DNA of 63,931 nucleotides, the filler included, from Octopus bimaculoides (taxonomy: Eukaryota): the NCBI RefSeq assembly GCF_001194135.2. It is 5 parts of 5 records of this genome, joined end to end, with 100 filler letters (N's around TTAATTAATTAA, not from the genome) between each part and the next. Parts side by side here need not be neighbours in the genome. Positions count along the whole stretch, not along the records: positions 26,219 to 56,769 come from NC_068987.1; positions 56,870 to 61,011 come from NC_068984.1; positions 61,112 to 63,931 come from NC_068991.1; 2 more parts are not named here. One strand, 5' to 3'. Within the stretch, counting starts at the first letter, position 1. Each line of letters opens with the position of its first letter. The notes beneath the pieces were generated by a model. That model was not told where the DNA came from and ran no database searches. It saw nothing but the letters and a program-made list of their open reading frames with translations. Shown here in pieces: positions 51,682-63,576 of the stretch. The position numbers and the translations under genes were made by a program.

Positions 51682-52884
51682 ATGACCCGATTGTCAGCCG
51701 CGTAGAGAGAACAAGCGATCAGCCGATTGTAAGCAGGGATGCGTGCCCTGGTTGTTGCGGAGGCTTACAATGTCCATATCAGCACCATCTATCGCCTGCA
51801 ACAACGGTATAACAACACCAACAGCACTGCAGATCGTGCCTGCAGAAAACGCGTCCCCGGATGACCACATCCAGGCAGGACAGCTTCATCGACCGGCAAC
51901 ACATTTTGATCACTTCAAATCGAACAGTGTAACAGCTCGCGAGAGCATTGGCAGTGGACAGCGGCCCATCATCGACGACACGATACGACGTCGACTGGCC
52001 GCCAATAACTCACGTTGCCATCGTCCTGCTCGAGGGTCTATCCTCACCACCCGCCACTGTCAGCCACGACTACAGTGGGCTACACAGCACCGGCATTGGC
52101 GCCATCAACAATAGAGGTCGATAGTCTTCTATGACGAGAGCCGTTTCTTACTCGGATGGCAAAGTGAGTATGCGGCGTAGGTGGGTTGAACGCTACAGAG
52201 ACCCACGTGTGATGGAGAGAGACGCGTTGGATTGCCAAAACATCATGGTTTGGGGTGCCATAGGCCTGAATCAGATAATTGGGCCCTATGTGTTCCAAGA
52301 TGTTGGTGCAGGCAGAGGGAATGGCATCACAGCACAACGTTGACCAGATCTTAAGACCTCACATCGTGTCCTTCTTCACGCGTCACCTTGGCCACGTGTT
52401 CAAGCAGGACAATGCTCCTTCCCACACCACCAGGGTCACTATGGACTTCCTGCGTCAGCACAACATCAGAACCGGCTCTCAGCCCGGATTTGAACCCAAC
52501 TGAACACCTGTGGGATGAAATCTGAGACGGCTGAACCAGGTGGTCCCAAGGCCAACAACTCGTGTGGGACTGGAGGCAGCTTTCTTCAGGGTGTGGGCAC
52601 ATGTGCCAATGGCTTTTGTGAACCGACTTATGCACTCCATGTACCAACGGTGTATGGCCGTTTTGAAAACCCAGAGAAGGCATACACGGTATTGAATATG
52701 TCACGCCCTACAATCTCGATGTGCTGGATCCACCCACTACCAGAACACATGGCAACGACCCATAGACTGTGGTCAAAATGCATCCCAAAAATTGACATTA
52801 TCAGATTTATCAAATCTCTGACATAATGAAATTGAAATATATTTCACAGTCACACACGTCAGCGGTTTCTTTTGCGGTTCAGTG
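51682..52884 (+). mobile_element. Tc1-like transposon lacking a recognisable left TIR; transposase pseudogene 51682-52695
   Basis: MTRLSAA*REQAISRL...YDESRF...IMVWGAIG...FKQDNAPSH...SPDLNPTEHLWDEI...GHTRY*; right end GTTTCTTTTGCGGTTCAGTG|TA; many stops and frameshifts; probably DD34E after restoring a deletion. Confidence 0.9.
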
Positions 52885-53899
52885 TATGTAAAAAGTGACT
52901 GGAATTTTCCACGGATCTATGATTGGAACAGGCCGCTGTTATACCACCACCACCACCACCACCACTACTATTATATTTAATAAGAGGCGGGGTAAATGAA
53001 GGTTAAAAAATGCCCCTCCCACAGAAAGCTGGCCGCCCCCACAAACACCATCTCCAACAAGAACAAGAATCTATAAAACAAACAGAAAATTTAGAAAAGC
53101 AGAAAAACAAAAAATGGAAATGAAAGAGTTTAAGCATAAATAAATGAAATATGTTGCGTATAGAACTGCATTGGTGCCTTGGAAATTAGCGAAAGATGAA
53201 AAATAAAGATTATCATCAAAAATAAAAAAGAAAGAAGCAAGAAGTAAGACAATAACAACTGTAGTGTAAGAAAAGCGAAAATGTAAAAAGACGGAAAATA
53301 CAAGAACATATTTTATTTAAAATTTTTATGCATTGAATACAAGTTCTCTTATCTTCTAAATAAATTTCTTTCTACTGTGGTTGTGCATGTATGTATGTAT
53401 GTATGTGTAGATTTCTATGTATGTATGTATGTATGTATGTATGTATGTATGTACGCATGCATGTATGTATGTATGTATGTATGTATATATGCATGCATGT
53501 CTATACACACACATATATCATTTAATGTATGCAGTATAAAGTGACGAAGTACTAATAGTTTCTTTCTCTGGAGACGCGGGTCCAGACAGGTTTTTATAAC
53601 ACGCCTTGTGTCTGCAAGCAATCCCCAGGGTCTGACACATGGGCTATTTAGTTTGCGAATTAGGGTGCTGGTGCAAGAGAAATTAGGAGGGGGAAAAAGA
53701 GAAGGAGATAGATGTAAAAAGTGGAAGAATGAATAAGAACCTTTTTTTCTCATGGTTCGTTTTTGCTTGAGTTGATGTTTTTTAGGGAATTACCTTAGTG
53801 CCTTGCCTGGGATTGAAATCGGAATCTCTAGGTAACTGAACTGCCTTAAACAACGTCTTTATCTACTCCGCTATGCCCGTAGGCAGTGACAGGGTGTCA

Positions 53900-54125
53900 C
53901 GAAAGATAGAGAGCGGAATGAGAATAATGTAACCCCCACCCTGAGGATCAGATAAAGGTTAGGTTCGAAAATCCGATACAACAACCGAATTGAACCCAAG
54001 ACACTTGAAGAAGGCTGGAGAATACTACAGCCGAAATGTAGTGACAACAACAATCAGGACGAGGACATGAGTTCGACCAGTAGAAACAAGATACATAATA
54101 TAAATTCTTCATCTCACCAATAAAG
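53900..54125 (+). mobile_element. Related hammerhead-bearing pseudo-LTR element; ribozyme core mutated (54000-54045)
   Basis: GACAC-TTGAAGA-A-GGCTG-GAGAATACTA-CAGCC-GAAA-TGTA-GTGAC, followed by a 3' flank like that at 30728-30810. Confidence 0.7.
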
Positions 54126-54149
54126 AATTTTAATTTATATAACTCTATT

Positions 54150-54571
54150 TTCTATTTTTGACATGTTTCAGCCATTAGACGGCGGCCATGCTGGAGCACT
54201 GCCTTGAATTTTAGCCGAACGAATTGACCACACAGTACTTGTTTTGTTTAACACCTGGTACTTATTTTATCGGTTTCTGTTGCCAAACCACTAGGTTACG
54301 GTGACTTAAATAAACCAACACCGGTTCTCAAGCATAAACACAAAGGCACACACACAAACACACACACAGCCACACAGATACAAAGACAGACAGACACACG
54401 CACATAGATGGCGGGCTTCTTTCAGTTTCCGTCTATCAACTCCACTCACAAGGTCTTGATCGGCCTGAGACTATAGTAGAAGACACTTGCCCAAGGTGCC
54501 ACGCAGTAGGACTGAACCCGGAACCAGTTGGTTTGGAAGCAAACTTCTTACTACACAGCCCTGTCTATGCC
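54150..54571 (-). mobile_element. Full-length SINE family A
   Basis: Colinear with 7075-7488; internal (CA)/(CAGA) tract. Confidence 0.85.
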
Positions 54572-54929
54572 TATATATATATACATATACATACACACAC
54601 ATNNNNNNNNNNNNNNNNNNNNNNNNNNNNNNNNNNNNNNNNNNNNNATATATATACATATATCCAGTGATAATCTTGATGTCTTACATTTATTACGGTC
54701 TCCTTTATATTAAACCTTCTGCGACGATGAAATTATTCTCACCCTTCAGAACACCCAAAACTAATACCAGAGCCAACTCAGCAGCATCAACAGCATCAAC
54801 GCTCTGACCATCCTCATCAGCTTCAATACTAACTCCACCTATAAACTATAATTGAATTCACACTTTAACGTTGCATGCTACCATTAAACGTATTTATGGT
54901 GCCCTAGCGGAACTATTTTATAACTTTGC

Positions 54930-54979
<50 letters not shown>

Positions 54980-55124
54980 TATATATATATGTATCTTTGG
55001 CTTTCTATCCTCTTATTTATGCATCCACTTGTTACTTTAGCCTTTCTATTTTTATGCTGTTTCCTCAAATATAACTTAGTTAATTGTTTTGAGAAAGGAA
55101 AGCCCTGTGATATTTCCCCGACCA

Positions 55125-55172
<48 letters not shown>

Positions 55173-55178
55173 GTAATG

Positions 55179-55285
55179 GCTTCGAAAAGGCCAGCACTTT
55201 GGGAGGAGGGGATAGGGCGATTCGTGACTTATTTTATCGACCCTTGTAGGATGAAGGGCAACGACGACCCTGCTGAATTTGAATG
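55179..55285 (-). mobile_element. Degenerate SINE family B fragment after (AAT)n
   Basis: TTTTATCGACCCTTGTAGGATGAAGGGCAA...GAATTTGAA. Confidence 0.6.
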
Positions 55286-55538
55286 ACTTGAATTCTCCTG
55301 GCCTCATTTGTGATCCTCTTTTCCTGTCCCCCTTGAGTAAAACATTGAAGGATGACAAGCGACCATGGAGATACTGTTTCCTATCCAATAAATCTATAGA
55401 CGTGTTCAAAAACAGGGTGACTTTACCGATTATAGTGATTCTAAAATTGTCTTGTAAATTTATTAAATATTCGCTATTTAAGTATTTTCAGACATGATAC
55501 GAACTGGGGCAGATACGAAGAAAAAAAATCATTACCGA

Positions 55539-55574
<36 letters not shown>

Positions 55575-55948
55575 GAAATGCCCTTCAAACGTACTTTCTC
55601 TGAAACAATCAACAAACTCGTGCTTACTTCATTGCCGCCATTATTTGACATAAATCTTCTTTGACGGCGCATTGCATATTCCTTTCCGCTCACAAAAAGT
55701 TTCCGTTTTATTTTTTGTCTCTTTGGACACGTGAAAACAGAGAATCAAACTTCCTGCCTCTAATTGCAAACGTTTTGGTTCTTAGTCTGGTCTATCGAAA
55801 AGTCTGTATCCATTCGTTAGTCAGTTCTCCAAGAATGTGAGCAATCAGCGTGATTAACGTCCGTCTTTAAATCCTTGCAAAAGAAGCTTAGATTGAATTC
55901 TGTGGCTGTAGACGAACTGTTTCAAAATATGTGACGTGAGAGATTCAC

Positions 55949-56008
55949 TTGGAACATCTTTGGTAATAATGTCCGCAGGATCAACAGCAGCAGTATCAAC
56001 GTCCCCAT
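55949..56008 (-). CDS. Candidate first coding exon (exon 55949-56039) with signal-peptide-like MGTLILLLLILRTLLPKMFQ
   Basis: Strong acceptor TTTTTCTTTTCATATAG, ATGG context, phase-0 donor CAA|GTGAAT; no homology or expression support. Confidence 0.25.
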
Positions 56009-56175
56009 AACAGTCACAGATTTGCAAAGCTTCCAATTTCTATATGAAAAGAAAAATAACAAGAAAAGGAAAGCAACAGTTTTGCTTTGGATTGAACTGA
56101 GAAATACTGGGACATGAAGTGGTTATCGAGAAAGAGAAACCGATGGTTATCAATTTATGAAAGAAAGCTGTAACT

Positions 56176-56297
56176 ATTATTTACATTATTTATATTTGCC
56201 GGATCTTGTTAACGCAACGTTTTGGCTGATATACCCTCCAGCCTTCATCAGGTGATTTCGAAACTGGGTTCTCATTCCTGAGGTATTTTTCTATGTT

Positions 56298-56300
<3 letters not shown>
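56176..56300 (-). mobile_element. Third copy of the hammerhead pseudo-LTR element, ribozyme inactivated
   Basis: About 90% identical to the 30.4/30.7-kb arms; core GAAA changed to AAAA (56211-56256); (TAA)n on its 5' side. Confidence 0.85.
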
Positions 56301-56357
<57 letters not shown>

Positions 56358-56633
56358 TTCACCGCTTGGAATCGAACTCGGAATCTTAACCACTATGCCA
56401 TATGCCCATGGGCAATTATGGAGTGAATTTTTAGTGCTTATAAATCTAATATTTTCCTATCCTTCCTTAATACCGGTTCCCATATGCTGCTCTTATCTGC
56501 ACTCGGCCTACTTAGGAGGTTGTGTCCTAGCATATGTGCTGCTTCTTTTAGTTTACGTATTTTCCAGTGGTGTTCTCTGTCTATTATTTTAACTTTATCC
56601 CACAGGTTCCGTGTTCGATTCTAAGCAGTGACT

Positions 56634-56712
<79 letters not shown>

Positions 56713-56718
56713 AAATAA

Positions 56719-56769
<51 letters not shown>

Positions 56770-56869
56770 NNNNNNNNNNNNNNNNNNNNNNNNNNNNNNN
56801 NNNNNNNNNNNNNTTAATTAATTAANNNNNNNNNNNNNNNNNNNNNNNNNNNNNNNNNNNNNNNNNNNN

Positions 56870-57771
56870 GTCTGTGTGTTTGTGTGTCTGTGTGAATCCC
56901 TAAAACTCCAGAACTACACAACCAATTTCATTCAAATTTTACACATGCCTTACTTAGGGTCTCGGTTGTGTTTTAGTAAAAAAAAATTTAACTTCTTGCA
57001 TAGTTCGAGCCCACAGCAACATCATATCTCCTACACTATTTAAGTATTACGTGGCAAAAGGGAAACAAAAAAAGGGGGGACCCGCAGAACCACCAGCTCA
57101 CGAACTGCATCTGAAAGTTGGCGCGCCAATCATGCTGCTAAGGAATTTAGATGCTCCAATAATGTGCAATGGTACGCGGATGATTATCAAAAAATTGTGC
57201 TCCCTAGTTCTGTAGGCAACAATCTTCAATGAACCGGCCGCTGGCTAAGACATATTCATAACACCCATGTCCCTTACCCACTCCGATACAACCTACAAGT
57301 TTAAACAGATGCAATTTCCCATCAAACTCTGCTTTCCCATGACAATCAAGGCGCCGTGACAATTAGTGCAAGCGGTTGGTTTGAATCTGACAGAGCAAGT
57401 ATTCTCACACGCACAACTGTACGTTGGATGTCCCCATGGTCTTTCTATTTGTGCACCCGAGGGAAGGATGAAGAATGTTGTCTACCAAGAGGCACTCCAA
57501 TGATAACAACGGCAAAGTCAAATGCTCCAATTTCAACTCCACGATTTTTTCATCGTCCTGCCAGCCCACGTAAGTCCAGTCTTGCTTTGCTCTCCTTACT
57601 AACTCACCATGACATTCTTTTTTTTTCTACCAAGATCCGTCGCCCAAACACCACTTCGTATCCACTTCTTCCTCATATTTATGTCTTCGTTTCTCTCTTC
57701 GCGTCGTTCTCTGACCGAGTGAAACCGGGTGAAACCGGGTGAAACCGGGTGAAACCGGGCTTAGCTGCTAG
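56870..57771 (+). mobile_element. Helitron deletion derivative with PIF1 helicase C-terminal remnant (57074-57503)
   Basis: PPAHELHLKVGAPIMLLRNLDAPIMCNGTR...QFPIKLCFPMTIK...VFSHAQLYVG...KNVVYQEALQ*; 3' GC-rich hairpin repeats then CTAG|T (57768-57772); 5' end lies in a gap. Confidence 0.9.
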
Positions 57772-58909
57772 TTATAGATAAAATAATAATTCCGAGTGCC
57801 TTGGTTTACAATCAGCCAGCAAGACCCACGTTAGTGAAATGGTTAAATATCTGACCATTAGGACTCCAGAAATTAAATTTGTAGGGAGCCAAAACAATGA
57901 ACATTGTTTTCATGTGTAGTTAATGAACAACAAAAAATAAGTTGAATACGTGAGTACAAAAGGGGAATGATTAAATTTTAAATTGAAATTTTATGATGAA
58001 AATTAGGAAAGTAAAAAGATAGCAGGAAATGATTATTAATTCATACAGTTATGCACACAACTCACACGCATTTATATACGAATATGTATCTACAAATACA
58101 TAAATAGTCATTTAGAAACGCATGGATACACTCAAATATATATGTAAATGCATATGCAGATATGCATAAGGTGGCCCATAAACATAAGGCGGCACATAAA
58201 CATAATGCGTGTTCATACGCATCAATAAATTTAGAAATACTTGTACCAGTAAATATACACAATGTAGAATAGACAAGCTTTCTGAACAAAATGCACCACA
58301 CGCACACGTACGCGTGCACACAACACACGCGCACACAGACACGCACGCACGCACACACATAGACACACAAATACAGGCACAAACATGTGAATGTATGTAC
58401 ACATCTGAAAAGTAAATAGACACTAGTCATTATACCGTTTCCTGCTACTTCCAATTTGTTAATGTATTATTATTGTAAATTTCAAGTAGCAGTATATTGA
58501 TTTATGTATTTGTTTCGCAAGATTCTTGATATGAAAACGTGAGTTGAAACGAATATTGTTATACTTGGGGATGGTCATATTTTGCCAATTAAACACACGT
58601 AATTTTTATTTGAACTTCACTTTATTATTGTTGTTGTTCTTGCTGCTGTTGTTATTGTTGTGGTTGTTGTTGTTGTTGTTGTTGTTGTTTTACTTCTCAA
58701 AGCTCTCGGTCTTATTTGCTCTGGTTGATTATGCGAGAGCGGACAACAGCCTGTTGTCAGAGGTCTCACAGGATCTCTTGGTTGTTTATTATCGTTGAAG
58801 ACATTCAACATCTAAGCACCAATCGCAAAATCTTTGCTGTCCCCAGCAGAGCAGTTTATTGGGAATGCTCTGCTCTTTGATATATTTCTCGAACTATTAC
58901 TGCTACTAC

Positions 58910-58966
<57 letters not shown>

Positions 58967-58987
58967 TATTATTATTATTAGAGCTTA

Positions 58988-59114
58988 CTTGTCCGTCAAA
59001 GTTCTTTCGTTACACATTCTGTGACCTCTTCAGCGAATCTCTGTCCCATGTGTCTCCTCTTGCCCTGCTTATTTCATTTTTGGAATGTGTGACGAAAGAA
59101 CTTTGACGGACAAG
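58988..59114. mobile_element. 127-bp MITE with 32-bp TIRs and TA TSD
   Basis: TA|CTTGTCCGTCAAAGTTCTTTCGTTACACATTC ... GAATGTGTGACGAAAGAACTTTGACGGACAAG|TA (one mismatch). Confidence 0.85.
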
Positions 59115-59237
59115 TAGACTAAAACAAAACAAGACAAAAGCGACGCTAATAAAACTAAAGTGAAGTGCAAATAGATAGTGCGTGTGTTTAATTGGCAAAA
59201 GATGGCCATCACCATTAATTGTTTATTGCTAATAGCT

Positions 59238-59544
59238 ATGACGCGAACACCAGAGCAAAAGAGCTGCCTGGGTCAGTCTCAAGGTGGATTCAACCAAAGT
59301 AGGATAGCACAAAGCCTTGGAATTCCTCTAATCCATCAGTTAAGGAAAACAATCAACAGTATCCCGCTCAGGTCGACCTGTCCCCTCTTACAAGTGTTTC
59401 GGGGCTGTTAAATGGATAGTTGGAAACAATCTCCGTTGTAAGGCAATTGATGTTGCAGAGTAATTTCAAATGAGTCGGAGCACAACTGTGAGACATCTCC
59501 ATCAAGTTGGCTACTATGGCAAAGCAACAAGAAGGAAACCTCTC
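59238..59544 (+). pseudogene. Tc1-like transposase N-terminal fragment
   Basis: SRIAQSLGIP...RSGRP...RHLHQVGYYGKATRRKPL with a frameshift and a stop. Confidence 0.75.
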
Positions 59545-59582
59545 TCTGGGATCAGTAACTAATTTTGATCATCTTTATAAGT

Positions 59583-59626
<44 letters not shown>

Positions 59627-60154
59627 ACACGAACATTATGCATATAAACGTATACATACATATGCCTATCTGAATAATTGGTGAATACAAATATACATGC
59701 ATACATACACAAGCCCACGAGCACACGTAAAGATATAGACAACAGCACTAAGCAAATATTTACAAGACATGAATACAATGTCTACATGGGTGATTAAACA
59801 AGCCTTTTGATAATATTTTCGTTTCCCGTCCGTTTGTCAGTCTGTCTGTCTGTCTCTCTTCTTCTATTTCATCGTCTACTTTCTATCTTTGTTCTACAAT
59901 TTGATTTGCCTGACATGATATCGTCTCCGCCCAATCTGTATCGATAAACATGAGAATGAAGAGTTTCTCATTTACCTCGCCATGACTGACTAAACACGAA
60001 TGGTACATTTTTCATATTTACCGCTGGTACTTTGGCTGCTGCTACTGCTACTGCTACTGCTACTGCTACTGCTGCTGCTGATACTGCTATTATTGTTGCT
60101 GTGGCTTGCTGCTACCAACACCACCGCATGCTATATTCACTCTCAACACAACTG

Positions 60155-60205
<51 letters not shown>

Positions 60206-60233
60206 TTACTACTACTACTACTACTACTACTAC

Positions 60234-60270
<37 letters not shown>

Positions 60271-60273
<3 letters not shown>

Positions 60274-60417
60274 CCTTTCTATTATAGGCACTAGGCTTGA
60301 ACTTTGGAAGAGGAGGATAGCTGATTATATCAGATCCAGCACTCAACAGGTTGTTATTTTATCGACTCCGAAAGGATGAAAGGCAAAATCGACCTCGGTG
60401 GAATTTGAACTCAGAAC
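60271..60417 (-). mobile_element. SINE family B, head truncated
   Basis: TTTTATCGACTCCGAAAGGATGAAAGGCAAAATCGACCTCGGTGGAATTTGAACTCAGAAC. Confidence 0.8.
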
Positions 60418-60720
60418 AATGTGAACAGCTATGATGAAACACAGTGGGAAATACGCAGGTCGTGTGCAATAAAGAAAGTTACATGATAACTATGGTAATT
60501 GGTGCACTGGGAAGTATCAGCAGCCATTTACCGACATGGCTCAAAAAGATTGGAACAAAAGTAAAAATAGAAAAACCTACAAAATTCATCATTGCTTGGG
60601 ACTGTAAGAGTTCTCTGCAGGGTCCTTGAAGCATGACCAGTAAACAAATGTCACCTTCGTCTGCTAGTCGTGAACAGCTGACACTTTTCCATTAAACCTA
60701 GTAAAATAAAGCTGAGATTT

Positions 60721-60790
<70 letters not shown>

Positions 60791-60800
60791 TAATAATAAT
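60418..60800 (+). mobile_element. R4/Dong-type LINE 3' end with (AAT)n tail
   Basis: MVIGALGSISSHLPTWLKKIG...SLLGTVRVLCRVLEA*, about 90-bp 3' UTR, then (AAT)n at 60722-60800. Confidence 0.85.
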
Positions 60801-61011
60801 ACTAAACAAAAAGGATGCAGACGAGGCTCATACGGATGCAAAGATCAGCTCTTAATTAATCGCATGATCCTTGAGAACTGCCATAACAAGCGCAGAAGTC
60901 TCAGCTCTTCATGGATTGATTATAAAAAAGCCTTTGACAGCATACCACATTCGTGGATTCTGAAATCGCTGGACATTTTCAAAATTTCTCCTGTGATTTC
61001 ATATTTTTTAA
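60801..61011 (+). pseudogene. R4/Dong-type LINE reverse transcriptase fragment
   Basis: QKGCRRGSYGCKDQLLINRMILE...WIDYKKAFDSIPHSWILKSL; runs into a gap. Confidence 0.9.
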
Positions 61012-61120
61012 NNNNNNNNNNNNNNNNNNNNNNNNNNNNNNNNNNNNNNNNNNNNTTAATTAATTAANNNNNNNNNNNNNNNNNNNNNNNNNNNNNNNNN
61101 NNNNNNNNNNNCACCATTAT

Positions 61121-62867
61121 CATCATCATCGTTTAATGTCCGCTTTCCATGGTAGCATGGGTTGGACGATTTGACTGAGGACTGGCGAACCAGATGGCTG
61201 CACCAGATTCCAATCTGATCTGGCAGAGTTTCTATGGCTCGATGCCCTTCCTAACGCCAATCTCTCCGAGAGTGTAGTGGGTGCTTTTACGTGCCACCGG
61301 CATGAGGGCCAGTCAGGCAGTACTGGTAACGGCCATGCTCAAATGGGGTTTTTCACGTGCCACCTGCACAGGAGCCAGTCCAGTGGCACTGACAATGACC
61401 TCGCTCAAATGTTTTTTCACGTGCCACTGGTACAAGTGCCAGTAAGACGAAGCTGGTAACGATCACACTCGAATGGTGCTTTTTACATGCCACCGGTATG
61501 GAAGCCAATCAGCTACTCTGACAACGATCACTCTCGGATGGTGCTATTAGCGCTCCACTGGCACGGGTGCCATTCATCGAATTTGATTCAATTTTGATTT
61601 CACTTGCCTCAACAGGTCTTTGCAAGCAGAGTTTAGTGTCCAATGAAGGAAAGGTACGCATAAGTGGGCTGGTTACACCCCTGGTATAGGCCACGGGTTA
61701 TGGTCTCACTTGGCTTGCCAGGTTTTCTCATGCACTGCATATTTCCAAAGGTCTCGGTCAAAAGTCATCACCTCGGTGAGGCCTAATGATCGAAGGTCAT
61801 GCTTCACCACCTCATCTCAGGTCTTCCTGGGTCTACCTCTTCCACAGGTTCCTTCAACTGCTAGGGTGTGACACTTTTTCACACAGCTATCTTCATCAAT
61901 TTTCGCCACATGACCATACCAGCGCAGTCGTCTCTCTTGCACACCACAACTGATGCTTCTTAGGTCCAACTTTACTCTCAAGGTACTTACACTCTGTTGA
62001 GTATGCGCACTGACATTACACATCCAGTGGAGCATACTGGCTTCATTCCTTGCGAGCTTATGCATGTCCTCAGCAGTCACAGCCCATGTTTCACTGCCAT
62101 GTAGCATGGCTGTTTGTACATATGCATCATACAATCTACCTTTTACTCAGAGCGAGAGGCCGTTTGTCACCAGCAGAGCTAAGTGCTCTCTGAACTTTGC
62201 CCAGGCTATTCTTATTCTAGCAGCTACACTTTCAGCACACCCTCCCCCGCTACTGACTTGGTTACCTAGGTAACGGAAGCTATCAACTACTTCTAGTTTT
62301 TCTCCCTGGAATGTGGTGGAAGTTGTTCTCTGCACATTTTCAGTGTTTATAGCTCCTGAGCATCTGCCACATACAAAAACTATCTTCCCAGTTAGCCTTC
62401 CTTTGATATTGCTGCACCTCTTATGTGTCCATAGCTTACACTGGGTACATCTTATAGAGTTTCTACCTACGCTTTTTCTACAGATCGAGCTGGGTCATCT
62501 ACCTGAAGGGATTTGTGGTTTGTCTGCCTTCCTACCTATTAGGACTTTGGCTTTAGCTAGGTTGACTCTAAGGCCCTTCGATTCTAATCCTTGCTTCCAC
62601 ACCTGAAACTTCTCCTCTAGTTCTGATAGTGACTCAGCAATTAGAGCAAGGTCGTCAGCATAGAGGAGCTCCCAGGGGCATCCTGTCTTGAATTCCTCTG
62701 TTATTGCCTGGAGGACTATGATAAATAGGGAGGCTGAAGCCTGAACCTTGGTGGACCCCTACCTCCACCCGGAATTCTTCACTGTACTCATTGCCAACCC
62801 TCACCGCACTGACAGTGTCCCTGTACATGGCTTTCACAGCTCTCACTAACCATTCTTCTATCCCTAG
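61121..62867 (-). mobile_element. 5'-truncated RTE LINE (RT pseudogene 61706-62867, 3' UTR, (GAT)n tail)
   Basis: GVHQGS...LLYADDLAL (YADD 62651-62662)...FRYLG...MLHGSETW...RRLRWYGHV...GRGRPRKT; several stops and frameshifts. Confidence 0.95.
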
Positions 62868-63576
62868 TGATAATAAAAAGACTCAAAGTAGGTCTGCAAG
62901 AAAATAAATTTACTCAACACTTTGCAACTGAATCAGTGGAGGCAAAGATGCTTCTCATTTACTTGACAATTTATGCACCACATTGCAGAAATCACAATGA
63001 AAGTATATCTGAAAGGGTAGTCTTACACTGTTGTACCGTTGAATTAGAAATAATGCTCATCTGTTATGTTCGGGTGACCCTATAGCTTCCAATAGTACAA
63101 CTGTATTCATCTTTGCTTAGGAAAAATGACTAAATTGTGGATGTGAAGTCACCATATTATGTTGCTGTAGGCGCGAACTATGCAAGAAGTTAAAAATATT
63201 TTTTGACAAAAACACAACCTGGACCCTAAGAATGTGGATTTCTATAAACTTATAAAAAGGTTTCACACAGATACACAACTTCAGCTTTATATATTAAGAT
63301 ATAGTTTTAGAGAAAAGAACTCATCGATGAAAATCCATGGTCACATATAGAAAAATTAATAAGTAAAAGCACAATAAATATATGAAATACTTATTATATT
63401 AAGATACAAAAATACTATTAAAAATATCAAAATTATAAACGTTCCATAATTAACTTTAAGTTTATTATTATATAAACTAACAGAAATATTATATGCAAAA
63501 ACTAATTGTAACGATTTTTTCGTTTAAAATACAATTTAAACGAAGTTTGAGGTTAAATTAGTAAAGATGGAAGTAA

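Noticed and set aside
53415-53753. 112-aa minus-strand ORF with a good acceptor
   Set aside because: Runs into a (TACA)n microsatellite, has no good donor and no recognisable domain.
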